Source: SAR324 cluster bacterium (GTDB lineage: Bacteria > SAR324 > NAC60-12). Taken from it: 64,000 bases of DNA. Below are positions 1-8,296 of this stretch, one piece after another. A model generated the notes under the pieces. That model searched no databases. It worked only from the letters and a program-made list of their open reading frames with translations, and was not told where the DNA came from. Both the position numbers and the translations under genes were made by a program. Every line of letters starts with the position of its first letter. Positions within the stretch are counted from its first letter, which is position 1. Where the stretch lies: positions 25,206-89,205 of the forward strand of contig JANQJU010000095.1 in NCBI GenBank assembly GCA_028281495.1. The letters are read 5' to 3'.

Positions 1-3000
1 CATGTCTCGGAAATAACCACTACGGACGACCCAGAAAAGGAACACAAAAACGTCACGAAACCTGAACCTTCAAAAGTACCCGAAGCTAAGAAGGAGCTCG
101 AAGCTAGGAAGCCCCAGGAAGCCGTCGCCAAAAAGAAACCCAATGCTGTCGAAAAGAAAAAGCCGGAAGGTAAGCAGAGGCCGAACACCAAAAATAAAGC
201 CGCACACAAAAACAAATTAGCCGTCACAGGAAAGAAAAAGCCCGAAGCCGCGGGCAAGAAAACGAAGGAGAACAAAACAGGACCCCCTGATGCAGCCGCT
301 GGCCAACAAACCAAACCTTCCACAAAAAAACATTCATCGGGTGATGCGACTCCTCCCAAGGCGGCGGCTTCCCTAGCGATGAAAGCGAAAGCAACCTCAG
401 GTAACCAACTGGTTGATTTCATGCGTTCCTCACCGACGGTGATGTCACAAAACATCAGCAGTCTGGGCAATGCCATGACTGCCAACATGAATCAGCAAGC
501 GAAGGCCACTTTGGAGGCCCAGCCCAAAATTTCGATGAAAACTTCAGGCAGCCCCGACGGTGGAGCTAGCGTTCCGCCAACTCTCAACAAAGCGGCAGCT
601 CCCCCAAAACCCATCGTGTTGAAAAAAGGACCCGTCCCCAAATACAACAACTCGGTACCTACACAACACTCCAGACAAGACCCCTCTCACATTTCAACTT
701 CCATTGGGGCAAAACCTAAATTGCAAGCCACCGGTTCGGCTGACCCTAAGTTGACCGAACAAGCCAGCAAAGCGGGCAACACAGAGGCCGATGCCGCCCA
801 TGTCGAGTCGTTGGCAACCATTCACAGCAACAATGGGGAAGAACGGGTACAGCCCCAACAGATGGAGTTGCACAAACAAGCCGTTCTTCCGGCTCCCGTT
901 AAGATGGATCAACCTGCGGTGTCGTCGGAGGTCCTGGGTTATGCCACGCAAGATCTGCCAGGCTCAGTTCGCACCCTTTCCGACAAAGCCTTGAAAGCCA
1001 AGATGGAAAGCCAATTGGCTGCCAATGACCAAAAGGTGGAAGCGGCTGTCGCCAAACGCGACCTTGACAACCAACAAGCGATGGAAGCCGCGCAAACCCA
1101 AGCAGCGAAAGAAAGTGCAGCGGCTCAAGCTCAGCAAGATGCGGCTGTGGCCCAAGGAAGAGCGGCTATCTCTTCAAAAAAAGACGAGGCCGCAGCGGAA
1201 ACCGAAGGGGTGATGCACAAATACAAAGGCCAAGTGACTGCCAAGCATAAGGAGACGATGGATAAAGCCAATAAGACCATCGCTGATCACCAAAAGCGTG
1301 CGGATGCAGAAATGGCCAAAGGGGAACAAAAGGCCCAAGCCGAAAAGCGAAAAGCGGAAGCAGAGGCCGCCAGAGAACGCCAGGAAGCCCAGCGTAAAAA
1401 AGACAAAATGCACTGGTGGCAAAAAGTCGGCAGTTTTTTCTCAAGCCTTTGGAGTGCGCTGTCCCGGGCGATCACCGCCATCGTCAGTGTGGTCACTCAT
1501 GTTGTGACAACTGTCCTCAAAGCGGCAAAAAATTTGGCAATTGGCATTCTGAATGCGGCCACCAAAATCTTAACGGTGTTGATTGACCAATTCACCAAAG
1601 CGCTCAAAGCGTTTCTTTCGGTGGCTTTGGCATCCTTTCCAGGGATCCGCGTCAAACTGTTTGCGGCCATTGATGCAGTGGTCAGTGCGGTCAAACAGGT
1701 GATGGACAAAGTCATTTCCTCCCTGAAAAACACCCTGACCAACCTGATCGATACCTTGAGCAAAGCCTATGCTTTTGTTGCCAGTGTCTTCAAAGCGGCA
1801 ATGACCGCAGCCTTGGCCGTTGCCACGGCCATCGTCAAGGGTCGCTTCAGCAGCCTCCCGATGATCCTCTTCCGTGCGGCCTGTGAAGCGGCGGGGATTC
1901 CCCCCGAACCGGTCATCGAGATTTTGAAAAACGCTGCCGATGCCTTCATGGACATCATCAAACATCCGATCAATTTTGTGAAAAACCTGTTCAAAGCCAC
2001 TGCGCTGGGGATCAAACAGTTCGCAAAAGGTTTACCGAAAAAACTGCTGGGCGGTTTGATGTCTTGGCTGTTTGGCAAACTGGCCGAAGCGGGGATCGAA
2101 CTGCCAAAAACATGGGATCTGCCATCGGTCTTCATGTTGATTCTGAAAGTGCTCGGCCTGACCTTGGCCAATGTGAAAGCACGGGCCACCGCCATCCTTG
2201 GCGCAAAAAATATGGCCCGAATCGAGTTTGTGATTGAGCAGGCAAAAACCCTCTTCACCAAGAGTCCGGCAGCGGTGTGGGACCACCTCAAAGCCAAAGC
2301 CCACGAGATGAAAGAGGCGGCCCTCAAAGAAATCAATACTTGGTTGATCACCCGAGTCATCGGAGGACTCATCGAAAAGTTCTCACCTCCGGTGGTTGGG
2401 GCCATCATCGGGGCGATTCAGATGATCATGGCGATGGTCGGCAAAGCCAAACAGATCCTGCAATTGATGGCGGCGGTGTCCAAGAGCATGAAGCTCATTG
2501 CCCTGGGATCGTTGGGGGCAGCGGCCAACAAAATCGACTCGGTGTTGACTCAGAGCATTCCATTGGTGATCAACATGGCGATGGGCTTTTTGGGCATCAC
2601 GGGATTGGCCCAAAAAGTTCAAGATGCCATCCTGAAACTCCAAGAGCCTGCCAACCAGGCCATCGACTTCATCATCAAGAAATTCATTGCCCTGGCCAAA
2701 AGTGCCATGAGTGCGGTGAAGAAGGCTGGCAAAAAAGTGGTCAAAAAAGTGAAAGGCCTGTGGCAGGGCCGCAAAGATTTCACGACCAAAGATGGTGAGG
2801 AGCACGCCGTTTACGTGGATGGCACTGGCAAGGATGCTTCCATCGTGGTGAACCCCGTCCCCAAACAAGAGGTTTCGGCTTATTTGGACAAAGCCGAGAA
2901 AAACCTGCCGGAGAATGACGAATTCAAAGCCAAAGTTCAGGCAGACCTCAGCCAAGCCCGTTCGCTGCTCAGCACCATCGAAGGGGATATGGTGGACGTG

Positions 3001-5121
3001 GACACCAGCAACCAAAAAGCCACCGAGGAGGACTCGAAATCAAAAACTCCAAAACCCGCAACAACCCACGAGACGGGACCTCAAAAACAAGCCCAGAGTG
3101 ATATCGACGAACTGGCCACCATCCTCAAACGGATTATGGATGCCACGGGAGTGGCGATGGAAAGCGACGACACCAATTGGGAAGAGGCGGAACCGGAGGC
3201 TAAAAAGGCCGCCGCCGCCGAGGCAATCGAGACAACCTTCCAAAACAAAACATTCACTCAGAGTGAAATCGATGAAGAGTTGCAACGCGTCAAGAAGAAA
3301 TACGCTCTCAGTGAGGCCTCTTTCGATGTGGACAACAGCCGAATAGCCTTAGCGGCTTCTCCGGCAACATTTTTACCGGTGGAAGCAAACGCAGTTCCAC
3401 CAAGCCTACAAGACGGTGTGGATAGACACGTCAATGATACAGATAACACTGTTGCCGCAACAGGAAACTACCTTAAGGCTACGCATTTCGATGGACCGTT
3501 TCCAAGTCCTGCAGATGAGGTTGACGAAGGTCTACATCGATTTGCTGATATAGGTATTGAGATTCCTCTTGGGGATTCAGGATTAAAAACTCTAGGGAAT
3601 GCACCTCGACGTCCAGGGAGAGTAGAGGCTTTGTTAAGTTCTTATAAAAATGAAGGAAGAGCCGAGGGAGATACTACGTCATATGGTCATTTGGGAGTCG
3701 ATGAAGAAAAGATAATCAAAGGAACGAACAGTGTATCCTACGATGGAGGACATTTGGTGGGAGATCAATTGATGGATAGTCATCATTCATTCAATTTGTT
3801 TGAAGACTGGAACTTGGCACCTCAGGTTGAGAACTTCAACCGAGCAGCTTATTTAAATGTCATTGAAAAACCAGTTGCTAAAGCTATTAAAAACGCAGGT
3901 GCAACAGTCAGTTATACCGTCCAAGTTCAATATCCTGATGATACGTACTCAATTGATCCTTTGAATTTAGCTGCCAATTTGTGGGGGGAGAATAGCCAAA
4001 CCGCAAATCAAATTCGTGATGCAATTATATATAAAAAAGCTCCAAATGAACCTTTAGAACTCAAAAGACGCACACCGGGGTATTGGTGGGCCCGTGCTCA
4101 AATAAAAGAAGGAGGACCGATTCAGTCGGGAAATATTAATCAGTACAAAAATGTTTCTCGGACAATGGAGCCTGATGATGTGAGAGATAATGAAGATTAC
4201 AGCCCTCCTGATGGCGAGCACGCCATATATCTATTGACAGTCGATGGTAATGTTCATGAATCTTCCAGTCGAGCTTTTGAAGCGGCTCCAAGTGCGGAAG
4301 CGGCTCAACGTATTAATTATGTTGCTCAAAACAGCGTAGAAATAACGAGCCGTCAAAAGACTTTTGACCCACCAGCACCAGCACCAGCGGAACAGGCTGC
4401 AGCGTCAGCCGGGCTACCAGCAGCCCCGGCAACAGGGGGAACCAATGGCAGTCCAGACGATCAACAGGCAGCAGCGGCACCACCGGCAGCCCCGGCAACA
4501 GGGTTAAGCTCGCGCAGTCGAGACGATGAATCGGAAGCCCGGCAATGGCCATACGATCAACTGGCCGCCGCGTCACCAGCAGCCCCGCCAACAGAGGGAA
4601 TCGGGCACAGTCCAGACTATCATGATCATATGGCAGCCTGGCTAACGGAAGCCATGCCAGAACGTGAAGGCGCTGAGGAAAATGGTAGCAATCAAGGTAT
4701 GGGTGCAGAATACAAAAAAGTAAAGAAACCTGGTCGTAAACTTAGGAATGATGGTGATGGTAAGGCACCTATAGTGCGTAATGATGCCTCATTAATCACA
4801 AAACCTGCGGAAGAAACATCATCGACAAATCGTTCTCATATGGAAACCGTGACATCGGCAGACCTGTTACCAGAAGACATGCAAAATAATGGAGGCACTA
4901 CAGGGACTGCGAAAATCGAATCAGTGACAAGTCGTCCTTCGAAGAGAAAAGGAGGTGCTGGTGCAGAATTGCCTGATGAAGGTAACTCGTCTGAGGAAAG
5001 TGACTCGCTTCCTGAAGAAGGTGAACCGGATAATATAAAGAGAGAAAAAGAGGATCCTCCTCCTCCGTCTAATGATCCTCAGGCGAAGGAGGGTGGTGCA
5101 GACAGGCCTGATAATTCTTAG
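1..5121 (+). CDS. Giant polymorphic-toxin-like protein, 5'-partial, with internal EssD/YeeF-type (Endonuclease_NS_2-like) nuclease module
   Basis: Frame 1 has no stop from base 1 through the tracked ATG at 379, so the ORF enters from upstream. It has a Lys/Pro/Ala-rich and coiled-coil N-part and a long hydrophobic/amphipathic helical core. Then comes YDGGHLVGDQL..NLAPQVENFNRAAY..VSYTVQVQYPDD (nt ~3730-3960), the GHL..NLxPQ..N pattern I associate with EssD/YeeF beta-beta-alpha-Me nucleases. The tail is disordered, acidic and Pro-rich. Confidence 0.75.
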   Translation, partial: HVSEITTTDDPEKEHKNVTKPEPSKVPEAKKELEARKPQEAVAKKKPNAVEKKKPEGKQRPNTKNKAAHKNKLAVTGKKKPEAAGKKTKENKTGPPDAAAGQQTKPSTKKHSSGDATPPKAAASLAMKAKATSGNQLVDFMRSSPTVMSQNISSLGNAMTANMNQQAKATLEAQPKISMKTSGSPDGGASVPPTLNKAAAPPKPIVLKKGPVPKYNNSVPTQHSRQDPSHISTSIGAKPKLQATGSADPKLTEQASKAGNTEADAAHVESLATIHSNNGEERVQPQQMELHKQAVLPAPVKMDQPAVSSEVLGYATQDLPGSVRTLSDKALKAKMESQLAANDQKVEAAVAKRDLDNQQAMEAAQTQAAKESAAAQAQQDAAVAQGRAAISSKKDEAAAETEGVMHKYKGQVTAKHKETMDKANKTIADHQKRADAEMAKGEQKAQAEKRKAEAEAARERQEAQRKKDKMHWWQKVGSFFSSLWSALSRAITAIVSVVTHVVTTVLKAAKNLAIGILNAATKILTVLIDQFTKALKAFLSVALASFPGIRVKLFAAIDAVVSAVKQVMDKVISSLKNTLTNLIDTLSKAYAFVASVFKAAMTAALAVATAIVKGRFSSLPMILFRAACEAAGIPPEPVIEILKNAADAFMDIIKHPINFVKNLFKATALGIKQFAKGLPKKLLGGLMSWLFGKLAEAGIELPKTWDLPSVFMLILKVLGLTLANVKARATAILGAKNMARIEFVIEQAKTLFTKSPAAVWDHLKAKAHEMKEAALKEINTWLITRVIGGLIEKFSPPVVGAIIGAIQMIMAMVGKAKQILQLMAAVSKSMKLIALGSLGAAANKIDSVLTQSIPLVINMAMGFLGITGLAQKVQDAILKLQEPANQAIDFIIKKFIALAKSAMSAVKKAGKKVVKKVKGLWQGRKDFTTKDGEEHAVYVDGTGKDASIVVNPVPKQEVSAYLDKAEKNLPENDEFKAKVQADLSQARSLLSTIEGDMVDVDTSNQKATEEDSKSKTPKPATTHETGPQKQAQSDIDELATILKRIMDATGVAMESDDTNWEEAEPEAKKAAAAEAIETTFQNKTFTQSEIDEELQRVKKKYALSEASFDVDNSRIALAASPATFLPVEANAVPPSLQDGVDRHVNDTDNTVAATGNYLKATHFDGPFPSPADEVDEGLHRFADIGIEIPLGDSGLKTLGNAPRRPGRVEALLSSYKNEGRAEGDTTSYGHLGVDEEKIIKGTNSVSYDGGHLVGDQLMDSHHSFNLFEDWNLAPQVENFNRAAYLNVIEKPVAKAIKNAGATVSYTVQVQYPDDTYSIDPLNLAANLWGENSQTANQIRDAIIYKKAPNEPLELKRRTPGYWWARAQIKEGGPIQSGNINQYKNVSRTMEPDDVRDNEDYSPPDGEHAIYLLTVDGNVHESSSRAFEAAPSAEAAQRINYVAQNSVEITSRQKTFDPPAPAPAEQAAASAGLPAAPATGGTNGSPDDQQAAAAPPAAPATGLSSRSRDDESEARQWPYDQLAAASPAAPPTEGIGHSPDYHDHMAAWLTEAMPEREGAEENGSNQGMGAEYKKVKKPGRKLRNDGDGKAPIVRNDASLITKPAEETSSTNRSHMETVTSADLLPEDMQNNGGTTGTAKIESVTSRPSKRKGGAGAELPDEGNSSEESDSLPEEGEPDNIKREKEDPPPPSNDPQAKEGGADRPDNS
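4417..4597 (+). repeat. Three copies of a ~21-nt GC-rich unit (CCAGCAGCCCCGGCAACAGGG-like) encoding PAAPATG / PAAPPTEG in the toxin tail
   Basis: Copies read at 4417-4437, 4483-4503 and 4576-4597, all in the coding frame of the large ORF. Confidence 0.8.
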
Positions 5122-5244
5122 GGAAAAAGTAAGGAGTGATTAACGAGAGAAAATGGACATCTGTATAGCTATCCGAGATGCCAAGTTAGATTGATTACAA
5201 TATAACAATCACAGTTTATATTCACATTAATCAGGATGGACTAA

Positions 5245-6846
5245 ATGACTATTGAATCAAATGCATACAAAAAAGAATTTACGGAAACCACAACTCAGGA
5301 AAAGGGAGTTTGGCTGGGAGATTCCATCATTTGGAAACAGGTCGGAGCCTTTTATCAAGACACGGGCATTTCAGCCTGGGAAAGTGCGATCCCCTACCTG
5401 GTGACCAGCAATCCTCGAATTGCTGCTTCTTACGTCGAGATGGCGTTGGCTTTTATGGAAGATTGGATGAGACAAAACGGCAAACTGGCGGCCACTTGCC
5501 AATTCGTTGAGCTGGGAGCCGGACATGGCAGTTTCGCCTTGATGATGCTACGCGCATTGGCAGAGCGAGAAAAGGACTTTCGAGGGTTGGGTGTTCGCGT
5601 TCGTTACCTCTTGACGGATTTAGCTGCTGTTAATGTGGAAGCCTGGAAAAGTGATCCCTGGCTGAAAAACTGGTTGAACTCTGATGAGATTCAAGTGGCT
5701 CAATTTGACTGCATGCAGCAACAACCCGACTTGAAACCAATCAACTCGGAGGAAGGTCCCATCATTTTTATTGCCAACTATTTGTTCGATTCCTTACCTC
5801 ATGAAGCCTTTTTGTTGGAAGGCAAGGAAATACTTCGTGCCGAAACGTTCATCACGGCGAATGCCCAATCGAAGGACCCCAATGATTGGAAAATGAGTCT
5901 GGATTTTAAACCGTGCCCCATCGAGAGCTTGGAAGAAACAACGACAGAATTGCTGGAAGAATACAGGAAGCTGAGAGTTCAAGGGTGTGTTTTAATACCC
6001 GTGGGTGCCGTCCAGTGTATTGAAAATTTAAGGCAGTTGAGCAATGACCGTTTTCTGCTTTTGTGCTCGGATAAGGCACTATCCACTGAAAACAGTATTC
6101 AACACCGGAATCCCGCCGAAATTACGGCGTTCATGCATGCATCCATGCTAGTGAACCTACATGCCCTGATGCTTTATTTTCAGCGCAAAGGCGGGTGTGC
6201 TTGGATGCAGAAAACACAGCAGCAGTCCCTCTCTTCAGCAGCCTTCAGCATGGGAGTGGACTCTACTCAAATGCGCCACACTGACCGGGCCTTTTCACAG
6301 CAGCTTGACCAAAACAGTCCGGGAGACCTTTACAACTTGTCAACACAACTCTTGGAGCAGCGTTTTTCCTTAAATCTGGGCAGCATGCTGTCTCTGTTAA
6401 AGCTCATGGAATGGGATGCTTTGGTTTTTGAAGGCCTATACGATGCGATTCTTGCTTACTTGCCCTCCGCCACGGGGAGTGAGGTGTCGGATTTGCTGGA
6501 TGCTCTGCCATTGATTGCGGAGCGGAGATATCCGCTGCCCAGCTCGGGCGACACCCTGTTTCACATTGCGCACCTGCTGCAAACGCTTCAATGCTGGCGA
6601 TCCGCGATTAAACATTATCAGAACCGGATTGTTGAACGAGGGGATTCGGCGGAAGTGAGTTACAATCTTGGGTTATGCTTTAACGCGATAGAGGACCCCC
6701 ACACGGCAAAGGCGTGTTTTCAGCAGGCTTTGGAACTCAACCCAGACTTTCTTTTGGCTCAGGGTTGGCTTTATCGGCTCAATGCCCCACCAGATTCCAT
6801 TCCCGTTGGAGCCTCTAATACAGAACAAGCAGCTGCAATAATTTAA
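5245..6846 (+). CDS. MidA/NDUFAF7-like class I SAM-dependent methyltransferase with C-terminal TPR
   Basis: IPYLVTSNP..., QFVELGAGHGSFALMMLRAL (SAM-binding G-x-G loop) and IIFIANYLFDSLPHEAF resemble the Methyltransf_28 (MidA) pattern. The C-terminus YNLGLCFNAIEDPHTAKACFQQALELNPDF is TPR-like. Confidence 0.5.
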   Translation: MTIESNAYKKEFTETTTQEKGVWLGDSIIWKQVGAFYQDTGISAWESAIPYLVTSNPRIAASYVEMALAFMEDWMRQNGKLAATCQFVELGAGHGSFALMMLRALAEREKDFRGLGVRVRYLLTDLAAVNVEAWKSDPWLKNWLNSDEIQVAQFDCMQQQPDLKPINSEEGPIIFIANYLFDSLPHEAFLLEGKEILRAETFITANAQSKDPNDWKMSLDFKPCPIESLEETTTELLEEYRKLRVQGCVLIPVGAVQCIENLRQLSNDRFLLLCSDKALSTENSIQHRNPAEITAFMHASMLVNLHALMLYFQRKGGCAWMQKTQQQSLSSAAFSMGVDSTQMRHTDRAFSQQLDQNSPGDLYNLSTQLLEQRFSLNLGSMLSLLKLMEWDALVFEGLYDAILAYLPSATGSEVSDLLDALPLIAERRYPLPSSGDTLFHIAHLLQTLQCWRSAIKHYQNRIVERGDSAEVSYNLGLCFNAIEDPHTAKACFQQALELNPDFLLAQGWLYRLNAPPDSIPVGASNTEQAAAII

Positions 6847-6936
6847 GGCGAGGTGGAGTGGTAGTCCTCCGTTTGCCGATGCTGATTTTGTTGAAAAACT
6901 CTTTACAACCAGTTTGTGATTTTGTGATTTCCTATC

Positions 6937-7212
6937 TTGAAAAGATATATCGATATACCAGAACAAATTGCTTCTGATCTTAATATTCCTCAAGGAAATG
7001 GACAACAAAGACATGTCTTGGAAGCTTATGTAGCGGCAAAGTATAATGAAGGCTTGCTCACCTCATTTCAAGTTGGGCAATTGCTTGGACATGAGACCAG
7101 ATGGGATACAGACAAGTTCTTAAAAGATCATCATTGCCCTTCCGGTTATACTGACGCTGATCTAGAGGCAGACCTAAATATTCCTGATTCTCTATTTAAG
7201 CCATCAAAATAA
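6937..7212 (+). CDS. UPF0175-family antitoxin-like protein (TTG start)
   Basis: 91 aa. LLTSFQVGQLLGHETRWDTDKFLKDHHCPSGYTDADLEADL matches the UPF0175 pattern (helix-turn-helix plus Y-x-x-E/D-DL-E-x-DL tail). A PIN-like ORF follows 1 nt downstream. Confidence 0.6.
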   Translation: MKRYIDIPEQIASDLNIPQGNGQQRHVLEAYVAAKYNEGLLTSFQVGQLLGHETRWDTDKFLKDHHCPSGYTDADLEADLNIPDSLFKPSK

Positions 7213-7213
7213 A

Positions 7214-7468
7214 GTGTCTACTGCTGTCATCGATTCTAGTGTCATTCATTATTTAGTGCTCATAGATGGTGCACATCTCTTACCGATATTATTTGAGAAG
7301 GTATATCTCGCAGAAGAAGTCTATCGTGAATTGACCCACCGACGTACTCCCAAAAAAGTACGGGATTTTATCTCACAAGATTATCCGTGGCTTGAAATCC
7401 ATACATCGCCATTGCAAACCTCAGAAAGACCAATTTTTGGATTTCAGAGAAACATATTGCAAGACTGA
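7214..7468 (+). CDS. PIN-like (DUF3368-type) toxin, apparently 3'-truncated
   Basis: The N-terminus VIDSSVIHYLVLIDGAHLLPILFEKVYLAEEVYRELT fits the PIN-like partner of UPF0175. At 84 aa it lacks the C-terminal half typical of the family (~150 aa). IS debris follows. Confidence 0.45.
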   Translation: MSTAVIDSSVIHYLVLIDGAHLLPILFEKVYLAEEVYRELTHRRTPKKVRDFISQDYPWLEIHTSPLQTSERPIFGFQRNILQD

Positions 7469-7704
7469 AGCAGCAATATGGAAAACCAGAGAATCAAAGC
7501 TAGTGAGTAGAAAAATTATTGAGAAGCTTCCTACTTAACATCCTCCTTATTCAAGCTGAGAAGTTGTTTATACACCTCATCATTCCGTTTCCCAATCAAC
7601 ACGACGAAAAGAGTTTCCTCGATCATACTTTTTTCTTCTTTCCTTCTGGAGGCGAGCATCTATCCTTGCTTGAGCTGTTTGAAATTCTCTTGAATTTTTG
7701 ATGC

Positions 7705-7929
7705 TTGGCTCTCGCATCATGGTCGTTAATGACAATTCAAATCATGTTTTATAGAGTTTCCGCACATCCTCAGGAGTACGATCTTCGTTATGTGGTTTCC
7801 CATCTGCTTCAAATTTCTTCATTTATTCATCAACAAGGGGGGCAATTTCTCGTGCAAGTGAAGGAAAATCAACAGTTGTTATGTAAAGCGGTTGCATGGG
7901 TTGGCGTGAAAGCTTCCCATCGTTGCTGA
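7705..7929 (+). mobile_element. Degenerate ISAs1-family transposase fragment
   Basis: FIHQQGGQFLVQVKENQQLL resembles the conserved I..GGDY(L/V)LAVK(G/E)NQ..L block near the C-terminus of ISAs1/H-repeat transposases. There is no intact ORF and no terminal repeats identified. Confidence 0.35.
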
Positions 7930-8011
7930 ACCGAATTCCAGCGCCAAACACTGTGCACGTTGTCGTCGAATTTGATTTCTAAGTTCCATGGAGTCAGCCG
8001 TTGTGACATAG

Positions 8012-8149
8012 GAATCCCCAGCAAGGAGGACCCAGCCGGAATTGTACCGCTTAGCTTATGCCAAGTTGTATAAAAACGACGGGGCATTGACACCGGGATT
8101 GTCAGGCGAAACGGTGGATGGCATGTCCTTGGAGAAGATTGATTCGTAA
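8012..8149 (+). pseudogene. N-terminal fragment (~45 codons) of a group-II-intron-like / retron-type reverse transcriptase
   Basis: Translation between two stops reads ESPARRTQPELYRLAYAKLYKNDGALTPGLSGETVDGMSLEKIDS. The L.AY..(L/V)..N.GA.TPG....T.DGMS..KI pattern is typical of the region preceding RT motif 0/1. Nothing RT-like follows. Confidence 0.5.
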
Positions 8150-8296
8150 AGCCAATTCAGAAGGCTAAAATTGTCGTGCAGTAAGTGAAATCATACGAAT
8201 GTAAGAATTATTGTTAATAAACTAATAGTTTATAAATTAGGTTTTCACTGTAACTTTGCTACAGAGATCTATAATTGAATTATAGTTTTTCAAAGC

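Noticed and set aside
694-4591. Numerous 60-210-aa ORFs on both strands inside the giant toxin ORF (e.g. 1767..2408 -, 2383..3015 -, 2277..2798 +, 4313..4591 -).
   Set aside because: They lie entirely within a 5-kb ORF that has recognisable protein features. Their translations are low-complexity Arg/Gly/His/Pro-rich strings typical of off-frame reads of GC-richer coding DNA. I treat them as shadow ORFs. The same applies to antisense ORFs inside the FAD-oxidoreductase, kinase, GH30, MACPF, cas and other long genes.
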